64,000 nucleotides of DNA, taken from contig CM035352.1 in assembly GCA_020137815.1 (NCBI GenBank), forward strand, positions 1,178,001-1,242,000, in the 5' to 3' direction. A program made the position numbers and the translations under genes. This DNA is from Hormiphora californensis (lineage: Eukaryota > Animalia > Ctenophora). Positions 1 through 12,600 of this stretch are shown piece by piece. The notes beneath the pieces are model-generated. The model saw nothing but the letters and a program-made list of their open reading frames with translations. It did no database searches and was not told the origin of the DNA. Positions within the stretch are counted from its first letter, which is position 1. Each line of letters starts with the position of its first letter.

Positions 1-3000
1 AGTGCCTGCTACAGGACAATCACATCTTGTACGGAGTGGGCAAAACAACAAAAACTTCATGTCTTTGTCATGGTAGGTATATTCAATTACATTACCACCC
101 TCCCTGCCCATATCCATTATTGGAGGGTTCAGATGCCTGAGCAATCGCTCACTATCGCAAACCGTGTTATATCTGTCAGGCCAATACTCTGACCGCAGTT
201 CTCGCGCGACCAATGCTCTGACAGTGTTATATATCTTGGGCTACCCTTGATCACCAACCTTTCAGGGACTGAAAAAGAGTATGGAGAAGAATATTCAGGA
301 GTCACTAAAAAACATCACAAGTGGATTCATTGTGGCTCCTGAAGCAGATGTTCTTAGCCACATTGACAGTGCTATCAACTTTGTAACGGCTATTTATGTA
401 AGTTGGTAATGAAATTATTATATCCACGCGAGCACCCCAATGGGTGACTTCGTAACCAACTATATAATAAGCTGCTGAATTAATTGTTTCCCCTGTTTTG
501 ACGCCCGTTTTGACAGAAAACAGTTGATAAAGTCGAATTTTTTAATCAAGGGACAGGGGCCGCGCATTTACAAAAGTCTTTTTGCGCGTGCTAAACGTTT
601 TCGCTCATATCTCCTGTTCCTGATAAGATAAAGACTTGGTCTTGGTTGCGTTGAAAAGGTCTTAAAATTATCTTTCCAACGCTTCCGGGTTCAAGTCTTA
701 AGATTGCCAGGAACTTGATCTCGATTATCACGCGCAAATACAAAGCCGCGCGACCCCTCTGAATGCGCGGCCCCCTGTCCCTTGATTAAAAAATTCGACT
801 TTAAAACGCCAATGGTTCCATCTCAAACATATCAATTTATCCCCAACTCCTAGGTAGAAGTGAAGCAGGTTGATGCCAAATACATTCCTCACCTTCTAAA
901 CACGCCCTTCATTGAACTGCTACTGTTCGAAGTTAACGAAACGATAGGGCACCGGGTGAACGATGTCCTTCAGAGGGTCATATCTTATGTTCCTGATGTG
1001 GGCGAGGAGGCGGCTGGGAACTACATCAAAATATTAGATTCGGCACTGGCTCTCTATATTAGTGTAGCACAGCTCAAACGAAAGGTGGTGATTTCTTGAT
1101 CTGTTATCTACGGACTCCCATGATATAGCAGAGATGTATCTCTCTCCCTCGATACCTTGACATTTCCCTTGCTCGAACCCGTTTAACCGCGCCCCGCAAG
1201 GGAAACAAATGTAAAGGAGGCTTAGAACATAACATGACAATAACATGATTCCCCTTTTTTATGTATATCGCTAAATTGAGACCCTCACCCCATGACAGTG
1301 TGAGATAATTGATCCGGTTGAAGTGACGAATCTATATCTCGGAAAGTTCCATGCACGGTTTTTTAACATCATTTGCAAGTGGTTAGATGAGAAACTGATC
1401 AAGAACAAGGATTATATCACAAAGGCTACTGGCCAGGAGGACATCCTAAAACCTGTAAACAACGCATGTCAAGTTAGTGTAGGGCGGGTGTTTTCTATCG
1501 GGCAGATAATCAGGGCTTTTTCATATATCATGTAGTACCCGACGAAGTTTGAGAAACTTACATTCAATATTTGGAACTATTTTAAATTGTTTTGTGATGA
1601 CAATATCTTTTTATAGTGGTCCTGGCTGGTGTTCGATGTTGAGAGAATGAACCTGGATATCGTTGGGATGTTGGATAACTTCGATTTCCCTGATACCAAC
1701 GCCCGGTTTACAGTTACCCTAAAAATGAACTGTGAGTAGGCAGGGGGAACAGCCAACACCGCAAGAAATGTTTCATCCTTTCCTGAGAAATCGGGCGGGA
1801 TCCTAAATAGCTTGATTTCTTCAACTGCTTGTTGCTGTTGAGAAATCAACAAAAGCTGGGGGTGATTATAGATCCCTGGTTAATAGTGTGCACTTAGTAC
1901 ACTGTATTACCGTGTAATTTCACACAGTATACACACATTACTGTACGACAGCTGGATCTGGTTAAACAAAAACAATGATATCATGTACTTCCCTATTTAC
2001 TAATTACTTCCTATTTACTAATTATCTAATTAAAGTTTAATTATTAAACAGATGTAATAACAGAGAGCTATCTGACTATGTGCGATCAACTGATAGAACG
2101 GGGGAAGCCCCTTTTACTAAAGGGTGAAGAGCGACTCATCAGGCCCATTAGTATGCTGGTGAAATCTGGCAAACTTCCCCCAGAAGAGTAGGTGTTTATA
2201 AAAAATCACATTATATATCCGATATCTTTCCTTTTTTTTCTTGCGGTCACAGTGGTGCTCCGGCCACTTTATCTAGTTTACATGACTAGAAACAAATACA
2301 AACACGAGTGTTGTATTTGTACAGTACTCCAGGAAAATTTCATTGCCCTGTCGAGTTCTCCTGAGGACACAATCCCCACAAATCACAGTGACTAGAAACA
2401 TGACTCATAATAAGACTTCATTCATGATCCCTAATATCCACAGGAAGGATGAGGACATATCACCCCATTTGGTTTTATCAAGCTCCCTTTATCGGATCGT
2501 CACCATGCTAGAGAACCTTCCCTCAGTTCTGGCCTTCCATCACTTCTCCAAGAATAAAGAACAGGAAAAGCAGTTGATGGATAAAGTGCATGGGGTTGGT
2601 AATAACAAGCAATAACAACCCTGTTCTTTCTCTCTCCCCCCTCTCTCTCCTAGTTATAGCAACGATCTCACCTGTTGACTCGCGTTACCTCCCCCCCCCC
2701 CATCTCACAAGGTCAAAAGAAGAGTAAGAGAGGAGAAAAACAAGTGGATAGTGAAAGTTTGTGAAAAAGTTTTACAGAGTCCGATTAAAAGAGCTTTTCG
2801 ACATTTTATGACCTACTCCTATGAGTAAGTGTTCAATTATTTACACTATTTGCGTAGCTCGACCCCCTTTTCGCGTGTAAAGGGAGCTGGAGGGTTAGAA
2901 CATAACAAGATAATATGGATGATATTATTATTCCAAACTTCTTGAATGGAACCGAATATTATTAAAAAATCATTCACATACCACGTGATTTGAGATTTCC

Positions 3001-3563
3001 CAATTCATGTACGTGATTTCTACAGGTTGGATGAAGACACAGCGACAGACGAGCTATACCACGTGATCGAGAATCTGATCAATACAATCGAATTGGGGGT
3101 ACCTCCCTGTTTGGTTCCTGATTTTATAAGAAGTCTCTGGGACCGAATTATCCTACCTCTGTTTGTATTCCACCTGAATCTCAAATCAAAGTCAATCGTG
3201 AAAATCCCTAAATACTACCATTGCGTCAATGTAAGTCCGTGATTAATATTAGACAATTTTGACCGGTGATCTAAGTTTTCACAGTGCACCGTTTCCGGTG
3301 GTCTAACCACTTAGACCACCGGTTACAGTGCACTGTGAAAACTTAGACCACTGCAAAACACTAGTAATTATAAAGTAAAATACCGTTGCAGTGGTATGTG
3401 AAAAATTAGACACTTTCTAGTCACACACACAGTATAAACACGCCCTAACCCTTATCCTTTCTTCCCCTCTGCAACTATAGGTCACGTGATCGTCACGTGA
3501 TGGCACCACCCCAATGAGTGTCCTGTATCTGCTTTCCCTATCTGCCTTCGATTCTCTCTTTCC

Positions 3564-3620
<57 letters not shown>

Positions 3621-6047
3621 TCATTCTCTTTCTCTCTCTCTCTCTCTCGCTCAATCTTTATCTCGTTCACTCAGTTTGTTTCCAAAATCATCTAATAAAA
3701 TTAGATGACTGCTTTTACATGCTCTATTACACAACAATAATGTTAAAGATTCTTTCACTTTTAGGCCTCGCAGGCTCGGCCCAAAAGTACAACTAAAGAG
3801 CTCGCAGGCTCGCTCAGTAGTTACACTTAGCGTGCCTCGCAGGCTCGGCAGCTAAGTAAAAGGATCTACCTCGACCTGTCGGTCTCGGTTCATTATTGTT
3901 GTATTTAGAACACTCGGCCTTCGGCCTCGTGCACTAAATAGTAATAGACCATTTTAACCAGTCATCTAATCATATAATAATTAACATAACTAAGTTAATA
4001 AATTGTCAGAATGATTATGAGCCTCATTCAATACTTCTAGTTTTACACTTTTCTCTTATCTCTTTATGATCTAAACCTTCTTTTACAACATGGGACGTTG
4101 TGAGAGAGGGTCGAACAAGGCAAGTCATATAATTTCTTTTCTTTCAGCAAAGTCCAAAAGGAATATATCCCGAATATATTCTTTGCTAGGCTAACGACTT
4201 ACACACCTACACGCATACCATAATAAATCATAATATGCCTTGCCTAGCTAGACTTTTTTCGCGTGCCCCGCCCTTTACAAATGTAAAGGAGGGTTAGAAC
4301 ATAACAAAATATGCCCATTGCCTGAAGATAATATTATCTGTGAAATGTGAATCAAACGTACCCTCGTATTCCCCTCTCCCTATATTAAATAATATCAATC
4401 AATGTTACATTTCATGATTGTGCCCCACATTACTACTACATTATCATTATAACACTTCTCTACGCAGGTTGCACTGAAGAGAGTTATTGGTCTGTTAGTG
4501 GCTTACTCGCAAAACCTCCAGGCCGATATTGATAATAACAGGGATCTAGAACATATGAATCTGTATCTGGAGTGTCTGTCCGAGAGTCCCGAGGAGCTCC
4601 TTTATAGGTGAGAGATTTGGTGACGTTTGGTGATGTTTGGAGATATATTTGGTGATATTTGGAGATATTTGGAGATGTAATGTTTAGAGATATTTGGAGA
4701 AATATTTGGTGATATTTTGAAAGGTTCTTGTTCAACCTAATTTGCAAAGGGTCAAAAGAGTTAGAAGGGGTCTAAAACCATCCACTATCCACTAGCTAGA
4801 AGAACATGATATGAGGTGCTGAACTGCGCTGGTAAATCGTTTATTAATATTGTTTGTACTTTACCAGGTATTTTGACCGAGAGATAGCATACCAGGAGAG
4901 AAAGATAGAGGAGGAGTGGACTAACCGGGGCACAGTCAGCTTTACAGCTAGATTGGTGCCACACGGTGCCAGTATGGAGCTGCATGTGAGTGAATCTGTC
5001 AGTGAAACTACCACCCTCCCTTCCCCCGTATATCATCCCTATGTTTAGTCTGGACCATACGGCATGGAACACACAGGGGGGATGTTTCCTGGTTTTTATT
5101 ATAAACAACACGTTCTATTAATTTGTCATGTTAAACTAATGATCCAGGTGCGTGTGTTGCGATGTGATTCACTACCCAAAATGGACACAATTGGGTCATG
5201 TGATGCTATTGTAAAGCTAGCCATCCATCCTAAGTATACGAAGGAACTGGAGAAATTGAAAAGCTTCAAAACTAAAACTGTTAAAAGTCTCAATCCGGAG
5301 TTCCCTGAGTGAGTTTTAATGTTCATTTCATTTGTTCACCCTATACATTGTGTGGTCCACACCAAGTGCGCTCTGTGAGGGTTCGGTAGATCAACCTCTA
5401 CACTCAAAAAACCGTAATCCAACACACACATATTTCCAGGCACCACTTCAAACAGACGATATCCCTGGACTTCTCTTCCCTACCACGACCTAAGGCAGTG
5501 TGTCTTCAACTAGCGGTATGGGATGAGGACTTTTATGGGCCGGACGATTTTGTCGGGGAAGCCCTGATTCCATTAGAAGGTTGTTATGTGTGTGTGTGTG
5601 TGATTTGCTGCATAAACATTGGCTTCGTGCCCACCGCAACAGCTTTCATATCGTTTATCTACGACTGTTTCAGAATTGCTACATTCCACGCCTACTAAAG
5701 TATTCACCAGACCCCTTGTGGTACCAGACCTAGAAGATAGCTTGTATTGTGTTCTCAAGCAGCGAGCAGTATATAATGGACCTATTAAAAAGTTCGTCGA
5801 ATTGAGGAACAAAATGGTAAGTCAAGTCATGCTTGCTTAATGTTTTATACAAATCTTGGCAATTAATCGAACATCAATTGCAATTGATGTTCAATTCTAT
5901 ATTTAGCCTGACCCAGGTAAATTAGTGTCCGACTGGATCATTAGATCCTCTTCGTCTTCTACATATCAACTAATACCCATTTTCATCTTTCAGACCAGTA
6001 CGGATGCCCCACGATCTCCTAGGAAGTCATTTTTAAATATCCTCTAA
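1..6047 (+). CDS. Unc13/Munc13-4/BAIAP3-like protein, 3' exons (helical MHD-like region plus C-terminal C2 domain); 5' end outside window
   Basis: GT-AG exons incl. ~854-1084, ~3027-3230, ~4869-4985, ~5149-5308 (VRVLRCDSLPKMDTIGSCDAIVKL), ~5441-5579 (LQLAVWDEDFYGPDDFVGEALIPL), ~5674-5817 and 5994-6047 (TAA). C2 Ca-binding Asp motifs followed by a short helical tail match Unc13-family C2B ends. Confidence 0.7.
528..803. mobile_element. MITE with ~35-bp terminal inverted repeats (TAAAGTCGAATTTTTTAATCAAGGGACAGGGG)
   Basis: Inverted termini are visible directly. Similar TAAAGTCG..CGACTTTA termini occur at ~25954-26080. Confidence 0.75.
3260..3358. repeat. Short hairpin/MITE-like palindrome
   Basis: ctaagttttcacagtgcac..ccggtggtctaa / ttagaccaccgg..gtgcactgtgaaaacttag. 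Confidence 0.6.
3566..3648. repeat. (CT)n microsatellite; others at ~21838-21918, 43462-43700, 44025-44125, 50590-50690, 50805-50900
   Basis: Visible directly; these generate spurious SLSLSL/ERERER ORFs. Confidence 0.95.
3701..3969. mobile_element. Non-autonomous element with short inverted ends (TTAGATGACTG / CAGTCATCTAA) and repeated CTCGCAGGCTCG / CTCGGCCTTCGGCCTCG mini-hairpins (possibly Crypton-like)
   Basis: Inverted ends and repeated GC hairpins are seen in sequence; the family assignment is inference. Confidence 0.45.
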
Positions 6048-6679
6048 TTTTTTGTGTAATGTCCTGAGTTCTCATTTCTGAATTTGCCGGCACCAGCCCC
6101 GGGTTTGTAATTCATCGTGTTTTTGGTGTTGTCACGCGCGATCAACGCGCACTGGTGAAAGTACAGCCGTAGGCACTTGCAAGCATGGTTCGGATTCTTT
6201 GAATCTGGGAAAACAGATCAAATGTTGCTGTGTGATATGAACGCCTCGGAAAGAGATGTGATCTGGTATGTTTTAGAAGGTGGTGGTAAAGATAATGAAT
6301 CGGTATCCATACCATAATTCCTCCCCCATGTACCCTGGGATTTCCCCCGGTGTGTTTTACAAAACAAAACTCTCGTATGTAAATAGCAAAACAATTCTAG
6401 ATATTTACAACATCATCCTATACATAATGACGAAACCCAGTTGACATCAAATTCCCGGATCATCATTCTTCTGTTGACATCACCATGGCATGAAAAAGCG
6501 GCGCGCGCGTATCAGATCCTGTCCATCAACAGACAAGAGGCTACAGACGAGAGTGTCACTGACCACTTTTTACATCGGGGGCGACCCGCGCGTTCCCGCA
6601 AGTAACTCTTTCAACTGTTCTGCAAGTGGAAGCAAGCACCTCGTATCGATATTATATTCTTGATGAATGAGGGTAAGCT

Positions 6680-9600
6680 TCACTGTTCGGCTGGTGGAGA
6701 TGCCTCTTCAACTTCAACCTTTTTCCGGCAGAACGGACATGCCTTTAACTTCAAATACTGCAGCTCCAAGTCATCAGCATAAAAGATTCTGTTGCAGTTG
6801 TCACACATTTTCAGTATAATCTCGGGCATGCAATTCTTATAAAACTGGTATCGGAGGGGCGATGGCCACTTTAGAACCAGTACCTCAGATTTGTGCATCT
6901 GGCGCATGATATTGGCACTGATCTCAATCGGGGCGTAGCTGGATACAGTATCCCACTGCTGTAGCCGGTCCTCAAATGTCTCCCCTCCCCCACCACCACC
7001 ACCTCCACTACCTCCACTATTTCCCACAGTGGGCCCCTCAAATGTCATGGTCTGGACATCTCCCCGATCAGACTCCTTCCACGGTGTATCACCCCCGGCT
7101 CTCTGTTTTGCGGGTGGATCCGAGTTGATGAGGGCCTCTGCTTCCTGGTCCGAGATGCCGTTCTCGGGGATGAATTCAACCAGGGGCAGTGTCTCAAATG
7201 CGTAGAAGGAGTGAACAAAGGGTTGCTGGCAGTTAATACACTGGTTCCCCATGGAGTTGAGTAGCGGGTTAACAGTTGAACATTTGGTACACAACCACAG
7301 GCACTCCTCTTTATCCTATTGGGAGAGGGAGGGGGTGAGATATAACGTGGGAAAATGTATCAGATACATAGAGAACTATGATATTCAGATATCATACTCT
7401 TTCTGTTATAGTTACCTGGAAGGGTTTAGATCGTATTGTGATACTATTACTATCAACATCCTCCTGCATACGCAGTGGTATAACCATTTGTTGCAGCTTA
7501 TCAAATGCGTGTCTAGCTAGCTTGTAGGCACCCATATTCTTGCTCATTTTGGCCAGGGCAAATAGTACCGCCACTTTAGAAACACCTGGAAGGAAGATGT
7601 GAAATACTAATATCATAACCCGTTTTGATAACTAGACAGTTTTAGACAGCAATATACTCTGCTCTCTGAAACTCTGCTCTCTGAAACTAGCACAAATGAG
7701 AACAGATCTGTGTGGCGGTGAGAGAGGATCGAACAATGTAACGTACCGTATGGTGTTTCCTGTAGTGTATGATGAAGTAGGAACCGAGCCATGTTGAAGA
7801 TAGCGTCGGGGAGGTGCTGAGAGAAGGGCTGTTCGGTAAATCGGTGGAGGGTGTGATAGGCATAGTACACCTCCGCCCTCTGTTGGTAATCTTGGAACTT
7901 ATCCAAACAAATGTTAACCTCCTCCTCTTCCCCTGGATGATTATATTGGTAAAAATGCAGTTAAATATTATGAGCCCTTGAAACTGACCTAGTTATTTGG
8001 TAATGAAATTACCCCTCTGTTATTATTGCTCATGGAGGCAATAAAAGGGGTGACTTCGTAACCAACCTAGTTGTGGAGGTGATGAGTGATAAGTGAAAAG
8101 TGAAGTTGATTTGAAGCATGACCGGTTATATGATAGATTCTTGCTTCGTAGCCACAAATAAAATCGGGTAACAGTTGGTTCCACAACCATATCGTTATCA
8201 GGCGGCAAGGTATCCGTGTAATGTGTGGCGGTGTAACAATCTAGTGAGATGATATTGTGTGGTGAAAATACAGTGTTTGGGCAACAATCTGCAAGTTTTT
8301 TGACACCAAAACACAATTTAGGTTTTCAATACCTTTAGTTTGAGCTTGATTTGCAAGTTTCAGGTAGGCCATAGAGAGTTTCCAGAAGTAGTAAGACGCA
8401 TCGTTGTAACGTCTTTCAGAAACAGCATTGTGCGTCAATTTCTCCAGAACCTTCACCGCTTCTTTTGGCTTACCTGGTAATTAATTAATTAATTAACAAG
8501 ATGATCTCAAACAAACAAAATTGACGTTGCTACTGCCCATACCACTCCAATACTATATAAGTCATATAGGGAATTTTTACCTGCGGTATAGTATGCGTCC
8601 TGGGCCTCATCAAACTGGTCATTTTCTGCCAGGTAGTTGGCATAAGGAATGTAAACAGACTCTTTAAACTCGGGGTGATCGCCACATAGGGAGAACGCTT
8701 CTTGCCACTGAAACAGAGTACTTAGATAAACATGATATTTAAAATACTTATTTCGGCCCGAGAGTTGAAACAAAAATGAACAACAATTGTCACACAAATA
8801 AACAGAAACAAAGAAAACACAAACAAAGACACAGAACACCAACCTGCTGTGATTCAATGTAAAGCTCCACAAGTGAGTTCAGTTCCCCCAACTTCTGGTA
8901 GCACTCTGCAGCAAACTCATACTTCCCCATCGATTTGAAATGTCCCGCACAACTCCTCAGCTCCTCGATATGGGTCTTGTTTAGTTGTCGCATTATCTCA
9001 ATCAGCTTATCTGACCATTTCTGGTTCCCTGCTATCTCTATTGCCTCGTTAAATGCAGCAGCAGCCATGTACAGATCAATAGCGGACCCGGGATCATTAG
9101 TAGATTTGCACCACTCTGCCTGCCGCTTTGATTAGGCCCTTCACGTTTTTAGGATCGGAAGATGTTAGGAAATCTTTAGCGTTCTCGAACTGTCTCAGGT
9201 CGCTAAACATCTCCATCGCCTTGGCCTCATTTCCAGATTTTTTGTACACTTTAGCGGCTTCTTGGAAATCCCCCTTGAACGCCAGGAAATCAGCCAGGAT
9301 GAGGTTATTGGAACCTGGTGATTTCCTCTCCTCAACACTGTATATGAACTCCAGATACTTCAGCTCTCTCAGTCTCATGAAGCTCTTCTTCGCCACATCC
9401 ATATTGAGGTTCTCCAGCGACTTGTTAGCGAGGTTCAACCAATCATTATTAGTAACACCAAGACAAGCAACACTGTACGCTTCATTGAACATTTTCCTCT
9501 CGATGTATTGGCCCATGGGGGAACTCTGGGGTACATCAACCTGTCTGCATGGTCATATTATGGAGGCAGAATATCTTACTACCGGAGAACCCCACAACAT

Positions 9601-12600
9601 ATCCCTGCATTTTCCGTTTGTGAACGGGGAAGTTACTCGCCTTGATGTTCAAGTGGCCGTCAGATGAGAAGCATATCATTTCCTCATTGTTCGTATTCCA
9701 AGCTAGAGATGTTGCATTGGGCTCTTGGAACAGCAGCTTCTTCGTTTTGATATCGTAAACGGAGCAGGTCTGTGTTTCATCGATGATCGCCAGTTTCCTT
9801 TTACTCATGCTAATATCAATACATCTGATGCACTGAGGCTGCTTTATAATCAACATCGGGAAGGGGTTATCCACAAAGATCTTCAGGACTTGACCATTCT
9901 TTAATCCAACTAACAGCCCTTCCTTTCCTGGCGGTCCTCCAATAACCTTGATATACCTGATATTCGCCTCTAGTACCCACTCCCGCTCCTTCGCACCACT
10001 GAATGAAAATGCCTGGAGTCGGTGGTCCTTACACAGTAGAATATGGTGGGCCGTGACGACGAGAAGATTGCACTCGAACTTGTGTAAAATCTTGTCTTTC
10101 ACTCTGTAGTGCATGTCACTAACGTCATCCGAATACAACTCGTACACGATGATCTTGTCAGGGAGCTGCACTGCCAGCCGATACTTATAAATAGCCACCT
10201 TCTTTACCCAATCCCGGCATTTTATCTTCACCTTCTGCTCTTGTAGCAAGTTTTGAATAATCACATCCGTCATGTTTTCTCGGTAGGCATATCGGTCTTT
10301 GTAAAGGCCGTGAACTGTGTTGAAGTTCAACTGTGTGACCTTTATTTGGCCATCCTGCGATCCCCCAATGACATAGTTATCGGTGGGAAAGACGTCACAC
10401 GACCACACCCAACTTGCCATATCGACAATCTTAGTGAGGTATATTCCCTCCCGGGTATATAGCCCGAGTTGCTTGTTGGATCCACCGATCAGGATGTACT
10501 CACCCCCGGGGTACCAGGCCATACAACCGGGATCGAAACCCAAGTGGCGATCCTTCCCTACCTGCCTCCCGTTTAGCTGATAAAAAGATAGTTTCTGGTT
10601 CCAATCAGCAACGGCCATGAGGTCAACAGATTCTGATTTAGAGGGATTCCATTTGAGGCACCAAACGGATGCCCCAGCACCTCGGTCAATCTTCACCTTT
10701 TCCTCGCCACCCTTTATCGATCTAACACTAATTTGACCAGAGAAATATCCCAGCGACACATACTGGCCATCCTTCGTCCAGCTGCAGGAGGTGACCTTTG
10801 CGGGTACTTTGTGTTTCACCACGGACTTCTGCTCGGGTGACCAGATACCAAAGTCAATACTGGTACAGGAGATCAGGTGACTGGAAATGGGATTGTAGCA
10901 GATGGACTGGATGGCCTCGTTGTGGGTATACTTTAGGATCCCCACTAGCTCTTCCGTCCAAATGATCACTGTTTTGTCTGCCCCACCTGTAAAAAAGAGA
11001 GATGGTAATAGAATACAATCAAGAGAACAGTGAACATGTATTAAAACTTATATTTTATTTTGCTATCAAACATGAAGACAGCGTCTGTGGTAGCAGAACA
11101 GGGAACTGTGTAAACACATTCCCCTGCTCTAGTATATACTGTATACTGTATATACATCTTATTGTATATTAGTTACGTTTATAACCAGAAGGCCGAAAAA
11201 CTTATTTAATATCTGAATGATTATTTTGGCATGATGTTACCACTATACACTATAACATGTACTTATATCATGTATGTAGCTATTTAAGCGTTCTCTCACA
11301 CCCTCTTTGTCACGTGATATAACCATGTGGTTTAATATCATTCACTAAAATCTTGAGCTTAAACCAAACGTATATATCATCTACACGTAAAACGTTTATC
11401 TGTGCGCGATCAGATGTCTTGCCCAGCTGAACACGTCTATTGCTTAAACACTATAATATATATTATATGATCGTGGTTTAGTTACATAAAAACATAAAAT
11501 TTTAAGAAGATGTGCGTCATGTTTGGTCCACTCATGTGATTCACAGACGTCAGACCCCCTCCTCATACCAGATAATTCTAGCCTGCACCTCCCTTGACTG
11601 TGTTTTTAGCAACTGCCCCGGGTGCTATCATGGATTATGCATATGATTCAATGTATTCCCACCGTATTACGCAGCTTCTATTTTTCTCAATACTCGCAAT
11701 TTATTTAGAATGTTGTTGTTCACATTGACAGTAATTGTCCTACTATGGCCACCTGCCGTGCTGACAGGATTATCCGGACGTCAACTTGCTGTCAGTCAAG
11801 CCACCTCAAAAAGCAGTTGGGCTAGTAAGATGAGGGTAAGTTATCACCTCATTTTGTGTATTTAGTGTACAATGTACATGATACAGTTTGACCGTGATTG
11901 TAGCCCAGGAGGTACATGGTGTATCAAGGCACATATCTGGGAGAAATAAACCCGAGCGGTTAATTTTGGTGTCCTACTGTAATTTTGAATCAGTTTTATT
12001 ATTATGTCATTGTTTGCATTTTGAAATCACCAAATTAATCACTCAGGCAGAGAAAGCCGTGGATGGTGACACTGATACGATTTATCATTCAAGCACTAAG
12101 AACCAACCGGAATGGCTAAAACTGACATTGCAAACAGAGTCTTACGTCGCCAACGTTGTCATCATAAACAGGTGGGTAAACAAACGATGTAATGTATATG
12201 TAAGAGTTAGTAATGAAATTATCCCTCCGCGCGAGCGCCCCTAGTGGTGACTTCGTAACCAAATGTAAGAGACCACGGAAGTTCAATTTAATGTGATCTT
12301 CAACAGTTTAGTTCAACAGTTCAATATACTAATCCGTTAATATGTTTAGATGGTATAATACGCAGCAACACGTGCCAGATCGGCTGTTGGGAACGACAAT
12401 ATCCCTTATTGGAGCTACAGCTAACACGACTTGTGGAACTATCGAGTCTGTCAGTGATGTACAATCTGTTGAAGCACAGACCTACACAGTTCCCTGTCCT
12501 GCTACCAAAGAATTGACCCAGGCTGTCTTCCTATATGATGCCGTGCCGACATCATATGATGAGGAAAATGACAAGAACACGATGAATATAGCAGAAGTTT

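Noticed and set aside
6680-10969. IFT122 as several genes or a pseudogene
   Set aside because: ORF breaks are explained by introns and two single-base indels; the protein is otherwise highly conserved.
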